From the IMG/VR virus record IMGVR_UViG_3300027708_001637: a DNA stretch of 64,000 bases; one strand, written 5' to 3'. A program made the position numbers and the translations under genes. The notes under the pieces are model-generated. The model had not been told where the DNA came from, ran no database searches, and saw only the letters and a list, made by a program, of their open reading frames with translations. Numbering within the stretch: the first letter of the stretch is position 1; each line of letters starts with the position of its first letter. The stretch comes from a virus. Positions 9,372 to 19,700 of the stretch are shown here, in pieces.

Positions 9372-12300
9372 TTATGTAGTGATACCTAAACGCGACACTT
9401 TAATAGTCATTGCAGTTGCAGCAGGACTTGGAGTAAATGTCAGTGTTACTGTGCCAACTGTGCTGGTGTTGTTGGCATCAAATGCACCTAATTCGCCTTG
9501 GTTAGTACTAATACCATATTGGTTCATATATACGTTTGTCCAATCAGTAAACACTGTCATTTCTGTAACGTGAACTTTTCCACTGTCAACAATTTGTATA
9601 ACATATCTAGCAGTTCTATAACTACTGGTTGTCCAGCTATCCAAAGTAACTGTGCTAGATCCTGCTAGTACGGGACTAGTATAAGTAGCAAACGCAGTAT
9701 TTCCGCCTGAGAACGTATAAATTGGTGTGCCAGTAGCTGCACTTTGTAATCCAGCATAAACAGTTCCACCAACGTTTACTGCTCCAGTTATGCCTGCACC
9801 ACCAGCAACAATTAATGCACCAGATCCAGTTCCGTTAGATACTGCACCACTATTAGCAACTAATTGACCGCTGGAAGTTGTAATACCAGAAACAAGTAAG
9901 TTGTTAGCGCTTAATTGATTATTGTTTAAGTTATATGTTAATCCAGAAGTTGCAGTTGTAATACCTGGAGTAAATTGGAATAGAACCTGTTGCGCGGAGA
10001 AACCACCAATGTTGGTTGCAGTTGTAGCATTTCCTGCTGTTATGCTACTTGAAGCTGCCCAGGTTGCAGTAGTTGCCCCAGCAGTCAATACATAACCGCT
10101 TGTTCCCAATGGGATAAATCCAGTAACACCAGGACTTACTTGAATTGGAATACTACCTGTAGCGCCGCCTGCAACGTTAGTAGCAGTTGTGGCACTGAAT
10201 GCAAAAGTTGCAGTAGTAGCAACACCAGTTAAGGCACCGTAGAATGTTGTAGCAGTTACCAAACCGCCAACATATAAACTACCAGCAATACCAGCACCGC
10301 CAGAAACTTGTAGTGCGCCAGAATTAGTTGAACTTGCATTAATTGTGCTTGGAACGGAAACTACGCCAGTTGCATTTAACACCAAAGTGCTAGTAGTTCC
10401 TATACCGCCAGTGTAGAATGTTAAATTACTACCTGTATTAACACTAATACGGCCGTTGTTAGCAGCATAATCAACTACAATACCACTGGTAAGCGCAGTG
10501 ACATATGTACCACTTGCATAAAATCCGGCACCAGCAGTAACTGAACCGCCGGCGTTTACGTTAAGACCAATACCAACACCGCCTGCAACTTGCAATGCAC
10601 CGCTAGTTGTGTTGGTTGCGTTTGTTGTTCCAGTTAAGACTTGATTGGTAGCAGTAACTGTCCCGCCAACAACTAATCCCAATCCAATACCAGCACCACC
10701 AAAAACTTGCAATGCGCCAGTATTAGTTGAGCTTGCGTTAGTAGTTCCATTAATAATATGACTTGTTGAAGTTACAATACCTCCAACATACATACTACCA
10801 GCAATACCAGCACCGCCATAAACAACCAGTACACCTGTATTTGTTGAACTTGCTATAGTGTTAGCTGGATTGATAGTCATTGCCAACTGGTTAAGCAATA
10901 CAGTGGCACTTGTAGCCGCAACTACAAACTTGATGTTGGTTCCAGTAGTTGTTGTTCCAAATGCCAAATCACCGTTACCAGCAACAGCATTTGGTCCAAC
11001 CATGATATAACCATCATTTGGACTTAATATTTGCCCTAAGCTATATGGTTGAGTGCCGTCCCAATTGCTATTGGTAATGCCCATGTCAATGTAGCCGTTG
11101 TTAGTACCAACGTTATCTGCACTTACTACAACATCAGCACTAGACTTTGTACCAGTGTTTACGTTTTGAACGTTGACTTCCATGTAACCATTAAAGTTAC
11201 CTGTAAATTGTGCCATTGTTTGTGCAAATGGTGTATATCCCAATACACCTGCATACAATGCGCCATTACCAGTTGCATCGCCATAGAACTGAGCATTTGT
11301 ACCAGTAAGGTTATTAATAACAACGTTAGTACCAGTAATGTTACCTTGTACGTTTAAGTTACCAGTGATCCACGTATCACCGGATACCTTTAATGATTTG
11401 TCAACACCAACACCACCCTGTACATATAGCGCATTTGCTGAATTAGAGCTTGTACTTGCATTTAAACTTGTAATAACTGCGGTGGTAGCTGTTAAGTTTT
11501 GTCCAATAGTAACACTACCATTTGGCACGGTTAGTGCAACACCAGTACCAGTAACACTAACGTTAACAAATGTACCAGTTGTACCTTGAATTGTATCTAA
11601 ACCAATTCCGTCCAAATAAATGTTGCCAGCAACGTTAAGGTTTCCGCCAACCCACATATCTTTAGTTACAGTTGCTCCACCAACAACTGTTAGTGCGCCG
11701 CCGCCAGTACTTGTAAAGTTTATAGCATTATTGTTACTATTTGCTACAATGTTTGTAGCGGTAAATGTAGTACCATTAAAAGTTAAACCAGCACTGAATG
11801 TTGTTTGACCAGGATTTGTTTGATACGGAATTTGATCTTTTAAACCAGCAGCAATATTACTTGCTGTACTAGCATTACCTGCACTCAATCCACTTGGTGA
11901 TGTCCAAACAGGTATACCGCCAACCAAATATAACAATTGACCGTTTGTGCCAGACGATACAAATGCCGTCACATTGGCATTAGATTGGTAAACAAGTTGG
12001 CCAAGGCCGTTTGTTGTACCACCATATAAATTAGCACCAGTCCCAATTGCGCCTGCACCTGGGCCACCCAAGTATCCAATGAAATTACTTGCAGTTACTG
12101 CGCCGCCGACAAAAGCTCCGCCAGCAACACCAATGCTACCTGCTACTTGCAAGGCGCCTGTATTAGTAGAACTTGCAGCGGTTGTGGCATTAATTTTTAA
12201 ACCGTTGGCAGTATACCAGTAGCCCGGAGTTGTTCCGCCATCATATAAGAATGTAGCATAGGCCTGTGATGTTACTGTATTACCAATTTGTAAACCAGAT

Positions 12301-13124
12301 CCGGACGCTAGTGCGGCACTAGTAGTACCAGACGACAGTGTTAATACATTATCAACAGTGGCAATATCGTGTTTATTAACAATAAACTGTGTACCGTCGA
12401 CATATAAGTCTCCTGCCAAAAAGGTATTTCCGCCAACCCATAATTGACCAGCAATGGCAGCACCACCGCTGTTAGTTACTTGTAAAGCACCTGTTCCATT
12501 CGCAGCGCCGGTGGGATTAGAACCTTGACTTATTGTTACAATACCGCCTATACCAGCAGAGCCTGTAACTGTTAAACTAGTTGCAGAGAATAAAGTAGCA
12601 GTTACCGCAGCAAGTGTACTTTGACCAGTAACATTTAGTGAACCGCCAATTGTTTCATTGCCTGTTACAGTTATACTGGTAGCAGAGAATAAAGTAGCAG
12701 TTACCGCAGCAAGTGTACTTTGACCAGTAACATTTAGTGAACCAGTAATACTTTCATTACCATTAACTGTTACGCTAGTAGCGGTGAATAGTGTAGCAGT
12801 TACTGTAGAAAATATACTTTGACCAGTAACAGTAACACTGGTAGCTGATAATAAAGTAGCAGTTACCGCAGCAAGTGTACTTTGACCAGTAACATTTAAT
12901 GTACTATTTACAGTAACTGGTTGATTGACCGTTAACGAGCCATATAGTGTAGTAGGACCATATATACTTGCAGTTGTACCAACAATCAAGTTGGCTGCAA
13001 TAGCCGCTCCGCTATTTACTTGCAGAGCACCAGATTGCGCGGTACTCGAGGTAACCGCACTCGTACCTTTTATAACCACGCCTGCTTGCGTTATAAAATC
13101 TTTGCCAATTGATGTTAGTGCCAT
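9372..13124 (-). CDS. Long tail fibre/appendage-like protein (1250 aa)
   Basis: About ten GALxVxGGxGI repeats and low-charge T/G/A/S composition. The C-terminal LDSW...YRTARYVIQI domain is shared with the 353-aa neighbour. Confidence 0.75.
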   Translation of the reverse strand: MALTSIGKDFITQAGVVIKGTSAVTSSTAQSGALQVNSGAAIAANLIVGTTASIYGPTTLYGSLTVNQPVTVNSTLNVTGQSTLAAVTATLLSATSVTVTGQSIFSTVTATLFTATSVTVNGNESITGSLNVTGQSTLAAVTATLFSATSITVTGNETIGGSLNVTGQSTLAAVTATLFSATSLTVTGSAGIGGIVTISQGSNPTGAANGTGALQVTNSGGAAIAGQLWVGGNTFLAGDLYVDGTQFIVNKHDIATVDNVLTLSSGTTSAALASGSGLQIGNTVTSQAYATFLYDGGTTPGYWYTANGLKINATTAASSTNTGALQVAGSIGVAGGAFVGGAVTASNFIGYLGGPGAGAIGTGANLYGGTTNGLGQLVYQSNANVTAFVSSGTNGQLLYLVGGIPVWTSPSGLSAGNASTASNIAAGLKDQIPYQTNPGQTTFSAGLTFNGTTFTATNIVANSNNNAINFTSTGGGALTVVGGATVTKDMWVGGNLNVAGNIYLDGIGLDTIQGTTGTFVNVSVTGTGVALTVPNGSVTIGQNLTATTAVITSLNASTSSNSANALYVQGGVGVDKSLKVSGDTWITGNLNVQGNITGTNVVINNLTGTNAQFYGDATGNGALYAGVLGYTPFAQTMAQFTGNFNGYMEVNVQNVNTGTKSSADVVVSADNVGTNNGYIDMGITNSNWDGTQPYSLGQILSPNDGYIMVGPNAVAGNGDLAFGTTTTGTNIKFVVAATSATVLLNQLAMTINPANTIASSTNTGVLVVYGGAGIAGSMYVGGIVTSTSHIINGTTNASSTNTGALQVFGGAGIGLGLVVGGTVTATNQVLTGTTNATNTTSGALQVAGGVGIGLNVNAGGSVTAGAGFYASGTYVTALTSGIVVDYAANNGRISVNTGSNLTFYTGGIGTTSTLVLNATGVVSVPSTINASSTNSGALQVSGGAGIAGSLYVGGLVTATTFYGALTGVATTATFAFSATTATNVAGGATGSIPIQVSPGVTGFIPLGTSGYVLTAGATTATWAASSSITAGNATTATNIGGFSAQQVLFQFTPGITTATSGLTYNLNNNQLSANNLLVSGITTSSGQLVANSGAVSNGTGSGALIVAGGAGITGAVNVGGTVYAGLQSAATGTPIYTFSGGNTAFATYTSPVLAGSSTVTLDSWTTSSYRTARYVIQIVDSGKVHVTEMTVFTDWTNVYMNQYGISTNQGELGAFDANNTSTVGTVTLTFTPSPAATAMTIKVSRLGITT
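12583..12898. repeat. In-frame direct repeats inside the 1250-aa fibre gene
   Basis: 62 nt identical at 12583-12644 and 12682-12743 (99-nt period). A 48-nt core recurs at 12851-12898, with one degenerate copy in between. Encodes LNVTGQSTLAAVTATL. Confidence 0.9.
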
Positions 13125-13142
13125 TTCAACTTCCTTGTTTTA

Positions 13143-14204
13143 TTAAGAACTTAGTCCCGTTCTTAGTATTTTTAAAATCTTTTCTGAGTCTTCATAAGGC
13201 GTAAAATACAAATTTACATTATTTGTTATAATATCCAATGACGCAGAAAATTCCCCTAATTCTTTCACTGATGATAATACAGCATATTCAGTTGCATATA
13301 TTGTACCCATATTATCTATCAATAATAATATCTCAATTACTTGGAATTGTGCACTAGGACCAGTACCACTATCAATCTGTATCAAATATTTTGCAGATCT
13401 AAAAGTGCTATAAGGGTAATAATCCACAACTACCGTTGCTGTATTATTTACCATAATTGACATAGAATCAAAGATTGCATCTGCAATCTGAACACTTTCT
13501 GAGTTTATTCGACCTGCCACCCCTAAGCCGCCAGCAATTGTTACGGCCCCTGTAGTACTTGATGTGGATTGAGTGGTATTAGAAAACGATATCTGCTGGT
13601 CAGACGTTGCGCCACGCTCTGTTACGCTTTGTAATGTACTAATGTCACTAAAATATACTACCCCTGTATCAGTTGCGGTAATTAAAATATCAGTACCGGC
13701 TCCAATTTGGCCCGCAAACGTTGAAGTGGTTAAAACCGTGTGTCCTTGGACAAAAAAATCGCCGCCAATCCAAAGATCGCCGCCAATACCAACACTGCCA
13801 GTAACAACTAATGCACCAGTTGTTGTTCCCGTAGACCCGCTATTATTACTAATAGCAATTGGGTTATTTGTTGTTGAACCTCGATTTGTAACTGATTGCA
13901 GAGTACTAGTATTCCATACAGTAACAACACCAACGTTTGCACTTACAGCAGTATCTGTACCAGCATATAGTGCAGTAACAGCTCTAGTTATTAAGGTGCT
14001 AGACGTTATAACCACAGATCCATTAACGGTGATTGTACCACTACCAACTGATATAGTAGAAGTTCCGGTACCCACAGTAATTGATTTGGGATTTTGTGCT
14101 GCTTGAACCTGTATGGCCCAAGCATTTCCATTCCAAATATAAGTTTGGGTACCTAATGTGTATGTATCGCCTAGGGCAGGGTTTGAGGGAAATCCTAATG
14201 ACAT
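13143..14204 (-). CDS. Virion structural/fibre-associated protein (353 aa)
   Basis: N-terminal FPSNP..GDTY.....Y.WNG..W motif, internal TLQSVT.RG.T repeats and a C-terminal FRSAKYLIQI domain. Confidence 0.7.
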   Translation of the reverse strand: MSLGFPSNPALGDTYTLGTQTYIWNGNAWAIQVQAAQNPKSITVGTGTSTISVGSGTITVNGSVVITSSTLITRAVTALYAGTDTAVSANVGVVTVWNTSTLQSVTNRGSTTNNPIAISNNSGSTGTTTGALVVTGSVGIGGDLWIGGDFFVQGHTVLTTSTFAGQIGAGTDILITATDTGVVYFSDISTLQSVTERGATSDQQISFSNTTQSTSSTTGAVTIAGGLGVAGRINSESVQIADAIFDSMSIMVNNTATVVVDYYPYSTFRSAKYLIQIDSGTGPSAQFQVIEILLLIDNMGTIYATEYAVLSSVKELGEFSASLDIITNNVNLYFTPYEDSEKILKILRTGLSS

Positions 14205-14217
14205 AGTTTAAACTCTT

Positions 14218-16284
14218 TTATAATATTGTTATTTGTAACCAAAACTTATTTCCACCATCGTTAATCCATTGATAATAAGCAAGGCTATTTAAATCAATCC
14301 AAATGTCTCCAACGTGATTGGTAGCAGTAGTAGGGGGTGTGGGGGATACGCTCACTTTTGGAGAATATAGTAGATAATTTTCTTGATTATTACCATCACG
14401 ACTACGAACATTACCTTTTACTCCGATGCCGCCGGCAACTGTCAATGCTCCAGTAGTAGTACTAGTACTTGCAAGGGTTGATGTAATTGTTGCTTTGGTA
14501 ACAGATAGTTTGCTGTCAGAGGTATCGTAACTAAGATTGCTATCCCCGTCAATTAGACTAAAATCACCAATTACTTCTGCTAGTGCTGGATAATATAATG
14601 TGCTTGGCAATACATTTTGAACAAAAATATTGTACGTATTAGTTGACGTAGATGCAGTATGTGCATTAATTCCGCCAGATGCACCTTGATTGTAACTAAC
14701 TTCATTAGTAATAGTATTATAAAACAACACATAATTAGTTGCAATTGAAGGTAATCCGCCAATATACATATTACCTTGAATGCCAACGCCGCCAACGACT
14801 GTTAGTGCACCAGTGATACTACTGATACTAGTAGTACTTGACAAAATTTCTAAAGTTTGAGATTGTAAATCTAAGAAATGCCCATCCCTAGGTTGGGTAG
14901 ATCCAATAAACATATTATCTATATTTCCAGGGTGCAAAGATTGTGGATAGATAGTAACTGTACCGCCAGCTTGTGGTTCAATATTTACACTGCCGTCGAT
15001 GGGGCTTAATGTTACTGTACCCGGTCCCTGGACAGATAAATTTTTACCAATATATAAACTCTTGCTAATTCCAACACCGCCATAAACATTTAATGCGCCA
15101 GTGCTAGTTGCGTCAGTGGCTTCATCACCTAAGCCAAGGCCCACATTTGTGTCTAGTTCTAAATATCCACCACCATTGTAATAAATGGCTGAGCCAATGC
15201 TAATTTGACTATCTAACCCGTCAACTAATCTGTTTCCACCAAGAGAAATATTAAAATTACCGCGGGTCATATTGCCCACATCTTGATTTCCTATGAAAAA
15301 GTTATAACTACCAGTTGTAAATTGATTAGATACTTGATGTCCTATAAAGAAATTACTGACGCCTTCATAAAATTTTGAAGCTGCTCCAGTACCAATAGCA
15401 ATATTGTTTTCAGTAGTCCACGTTCTTGACACAGTACCACTATTAACATATGAGTGGGTAGTACGAATTGGTGTTACTAAATTTGGATCATAGATTGAGA
15501 ATAATTCAAGCGTATTATTATTAACAATATTTACAAGATAATGGTTTCCATTTAACTCCGTAGTCCCAACTACATTATTAATAACTACTTCAGTTCCAGT
15601 AGATAATCCGTGGCCCGCAACGGTGACTAATGTAGTAGTACCTGTTGCAATAGCAGAAATATTTCCTATTAATACCGATTTAATTGTACCAGCTGATTGT
15701 AAACTGTTGTTACCAATAGCAATAGTATTAACAAGATTAGTCCCTGTTCCCAATGCATAACTGCCAAGAGCAATTGTGTTTAAAGATTTGTTGATACCAG
15801 CTAGTGTATTATAACCAATGGCAATGCTATTTTCCCCGTCAGCTATTGTTTGACCCTGCGTACTAGCAACTCCACGCATTACAATATTGTTATATCCTTG
15901 ATACCCTTGTCCAATTTGTAACCCATTGACATAAATGTCTTTACCAGTGTACAAACCGTCTGCAATACCAATACCGCCCTGAACAACTAATACTCCAGTA
16001 TTGGTACTGGTGTTAGCTTGCGAGCCAGAAACAATAACTGTACTAGTTCCTGTACCTAATAATTGAATACTATGAGAAGGAACATTGCTATATATGGTAC
16101 TTGAAGTAAATTGTAGATCACCTAAACTACTAACAAAGGTGGCTTTTGAATTTGAATCAGTAATTAATGTATAACCAGTACTTGTCGTTGGGGTTGGGCC
16201 AAGTTTGTATTGAAGAGTACCTACATTTGCATAGTCTGTTGGCGAACTTTTGTTAAGTTTTGATCCGCTTAATAATGATGGCAT
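14218..16284 (-). CDS. Fibre-like virion protein (688 aa) with YadA-head-like repeats
   Basis: NSIAIGYNTL / NTIALGSYAL / NTIAIGNNSL / NNIAIGTGA repeats, an HGLSTG..V.I..V.G small beta domain and GALxVxGG repeats. Confidence 0.7.
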   Translation of the reverse strand: MPSLLSGSKLNKSSPTDYANVGTLQYKLGPTPTTSTGYTLITDSNSKATFVSSLGDLQFTSSTIYSNVPSHSIQLLGTGTSTVIVSGSQANTSTNTGVLVVQGGIGIADGLYTGKDIYVNGLQIGQGYQGYNNIVMRGVASTQGQTIADGENSIAIGYNTLAGINKSLNTIALGSYALGTGTNLVNTIAIGNNSLQSAGTIKSVLIGNISAIATGTTTLVTVAGHGLSTGTEVVINNVVGTTELNGNHYLVNIVNNNTLELFSIYDPNLVTPIRTTHSYVNSGTVSRTWTTENNIAIGTGAASKFYEGVSNFFIGHQVSNQFTTGSYNFFIGNQDVGNMTRGNFNISLGGNRLVDGLDSQISIGSAIYYNGGGYLELDTNVGLGLGDEATDATSTGALNVYGGVGISKSLYIGKNLSVQGPGTVTLSPIDGSVNIEPQAGGTVTIYPQSLHPGNIDNMFIGSTQPRDGHFLDLQSQTLEILSSTTSISSITGALTVVGGVGIQGNMYIGGLPSIATNYVLFYNTITNEVSYNQGASGGINAHTASTSTNTYNIFVQNVLPSTLYYPALAEVIGDFSLIDGDSNLSYDTSDSKLSVTKATITSTLASTSTTTGALTVAGGIGVKGNVRSRDGNNQENYLLYSPKVSVSPTPPTTATNHVGDIWIDLNSLAYYQWINDGGNKFWLQITIL

Positions 16285-16296
16285 TGTGTTATCCTA

Positions 16297-16692
16297 TTAT
16301 GCGTTGGCAGTTTCTAATATACTCAATACCAACTGTAATTGTCCATTAACATCGGCGTAGGCTTGAATACTGTCCAACTGTTCAACAATCAATTTACCAG
16401 TTAATGGACTACCAGCATCAGCAGATGGAATAGCATAGTTCAATACTAAGGTACTGGTAGTTTGTGCTGTTTGACCACCATTACCTTGTGCGTCAGCCAA
16501 AATTGGACGATTTCTAAAATGACTAAAACTAACGTAATGGGTCGCAGTATCCAAATTTGATACTTGTGCCATCAAAATAATTGCCGTAGTTCCAATAGGC
16601 GCAGTATAAACAGTGGCCGTTGAGCCACTTTTCCAAGTACTTTGCAGTTTTGCAGTTTTAGTTTTAAATGTGTTTAATGGTAATTGTGCCAT
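16297..16692 (-). CDS. Conserved small virion protein (131 aa)
   Basis: Clean ORF in the structural operon with a beta-rich VYTAP...AIILMAQVSN...LVLSILET pattern. Confidence 0.65.
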   Translation of the reverse strand: MAQLPLNTFKTKTAKLQSTWKSGSTATVYTAPIGTTAIILMAQVSNLDTATHYVSFSHFRNRPILADAQGNGGQTAQTTSTLVLNYAIPSADAGSPLTGKLIVEQLDSIQAYADVNGQLQLVLSILETANA

Positions 16693-16702
16693 TTTTTATC
16701 CT

Positions 16703-19700
16703 TTATAGAGCTTCAATAGCCAATATGAACGGTGTCATATTGGCAAATAGTGATTGTGTAAATGTTCTTCCTGATATAACACCAGTAGCTTGACTAATAA
16801 CTAGATTTGGACCAATTCTAAAATCACCGTTTTGATCAGTGCTGGTAAAAAATACCTTTCCGCTGTTCAACTGAACAGTTTCACGTTTCTGAACTGGGTC
16901 AGACTGTCCTACCTGAGGCAATGCTCCGTAGTTACTGCCGGCTCCAACATATTCAAACACATAACCACTTGCACTGATATAACTTCTTTGATAGAAATTA
17001 ACAGTGGAGCCGTCTTTGAATAGTTCAGTATCTGTAACTGCCTCTCCTAATTCAACAATGTGATATGTCCCAGGTCGACTCCAGTAACTTAACCCAGAGT
17101 AAATCATGTTATAATTACCGCCAGTTTCTAAATCATAGATCAACTGTTGGCAAATTAGTTCTACATCTCGCTGACATTTTAACTTTTGACCAGTACTATT
17201 ACTTCCGTCTAAAAGTCCAGGGTATGTGGCCTGTGTGTATGCGTATACTTCAGCACCAATTAGAAGTATATTTTCCCTAATCAATGTAATAGCATCAGCT
17301 GCACCGTTTGGAATTACGCCATTTTGTGTAATTGCATTAGATGGAACTACACTTAGTGCTGCATTGATATTAGTAGCTGTGATAATTGCTGTCAAATATC
17401 CAAATCTCAAATCAATAAAATCTTTTGCTAACGCACCTGTTGATCCAAAGTTAGATTCAAATGTTTGAGTAACAGTATTACCAGCACTTCTGTCAATTGC
17501 AGTATTATTAATAATACTATCAATTGTTAAATTCATACGGCGCAATGCATCTGCGTGTTGAGTAATTTGGCTTACTGCTGGACCTTGATATTTTGGATCA
17601 TTATTTGCTGTTAAAATATTAGTGCCTAACTTGTACGGATTATCAGCCACTGTGCTAGTTTGTACTGTATAATAGGCGTTTCCACAGAAATACAAAGTAA
17701 AATATCCGTTGTTGAACGAAAAATTAGCACCGCTAGTCAATGGGTGATTTAAAGAAATACTATTAAAATTAATATCAGTTACATAAGTACCTGTAGCACA
17801 ATACCAAATGCCTTGTGCAGGATTTGTATAGTAAGTGGACGTGGAATTTCCGTGCGTATCAACAGGATTTCCAAAATCATCGTGCAAATAACTAAAGTGA
17901 TCGTAAGGATATCCAAATTGATCCACTATATAGAGTTTGTTATTGATATAAACGTCTGTCGTATCAATGTCCACAAGATTAATAGTACCTGCAACTAATG
18001 TTCCTGTATTAGGTTTGGCATTTAAAAATCCTTCTAATACAACACCATTGGCTGCTAGTTCAGGACTGTTATACTCACTTAAATAATGATCAGGGGGCAC
18101 AACTTCCATGACCAAACTAATATGAGGCCTATTAGCAGTATCAGGTACAAATACTTCAACAGTGCCTCTATTCGGCCAATATCCATTTGGATAATATTGA
18201 TCCAAACCGCTATTAGTATCCCCTGCAACTAATGGATTAAACGGATAAGCTCTAAACAGAGGATTATAAACAGTTCCACTAAATGCTCGTTTACCATAAC
18301 CTTTAGCAACTAAACATAAATCTCCAAAGTTGGCATTACTGTTAACAATACTAGCAATGCCACCGTTGTCAACTTGTACACCCACTGATGAGAAAATTGT
18401 GAACACAGAAACTAACTGTGCATAGCCATTGTTGGTAATATGAATGCCAACGCCGCCTTGTGTTAATTGTGTAAACGCATCATAAACAAACGACTGGATA
18501 GGACTACGGTCGCTGATAACAGCACCGTCTACTAATGATCCGCCCATACCACCAATTGGATCAACTTTACGCTGATCCCAAGATGACTCACTACCAGTTT
18601 GCTGTAAACTCAATTTGTTAACTTGTAAATCTTGTAATGGGTACACATGAGTATCGCCAAAGTATAAACTTGCGTTATTTCCAAAACCTATTGTAGGTTG
18701 ATTTAAGCCTATTAGGTACTGTGTACTACTCAACGTTCCAATATAAGTAACAACCGGACTAAATTTGACATCGAGTCCGTTTATGCCAGTCAAAGCATAC
18801 AATCCGCTTCCAGCATATACTGGGGGTGCGGCAGATACACCATTGTTGATGATATTACTAATAATTCCATAATTTCGAGCTACGGCTTGTTGTGGCATAT
18901 AATTGCCGCCATAGCTGAAGAAAGTGTTAATAGTCTGAGTTGAAATTGTTCCAATTTGAGGAGTAACTGGCGTATTTGCAATAATTTGTTGACTAATTGC
19001 ACTAATATATGATATAGCCGCAGTAGTAGTTGTTAATTCGTCAGCAATATAATTATAGCCTTGATTCCAATAGGCCAAACCTGCTTCAATACTCTTCTGA
19101 TTTCCGCCCAATAAAATATCTTGACTAACAGCATCCACCATTAATCCAACATCTCGATAGCAATAACCTTGATCATAATAGAATGTACCAGTATTATAGG
19201 TATTATTAATATATGCCAAAGTCTCTGCAACTAAAAATGATTTGTTAGCTTCAATAATATTGTATGCATTAATAACATTGATATTGGTATCTGCGGTCAA
19301 ATTAATTGGAGTATAAACATATCCATCTGGACCATTAAGCAGGATATTAGTTAGTGTAGATATACCTTTATTGATTAAAGGAACTACACTTGAATTTGCC
19401 AAAGGTAAATTTGTTATTGGCGATACTTTTGCTTGCAAAGGAACATAGGAATAGACATTAGATGTTACGATAGTATTAATAACTGTATTTAAGAAACTAA
19501 ATGCAGCCACAGTGGCTGGAGTTTCGCCAGGAATATAACTACTACCAGGATCTTGTGAATAATAACTTAAACCACTTTGAATTGCTTGACGATTTCCGCC
19601 GTGTAATAAGTCAAATGCTACACTATTAACAACATAACCTAGATCTCTACGATAAGTTGTTCTAGCGTTGTTTTCATCTAAGAAACTGGGATTTAACGAA

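Noticed and set aside
12583-12898. Direct repeats as a CRISPR array
   Set aside because: They are in-frame inside a long ORF, spacing is irregular (99 and 162 nt), the intervening sequences resemble each other, and no cas genes are present.
13573-14106. 177-aa antisense ORF and the many other 60-130-aa opposite-strand ORFs in the track
   Set aside because: They lie fully antisense to or out of frame within well-supported genes. The V/P/A-rich translations are typical mirrors of T/G-rich fibres, and they lack SDs or promoters.
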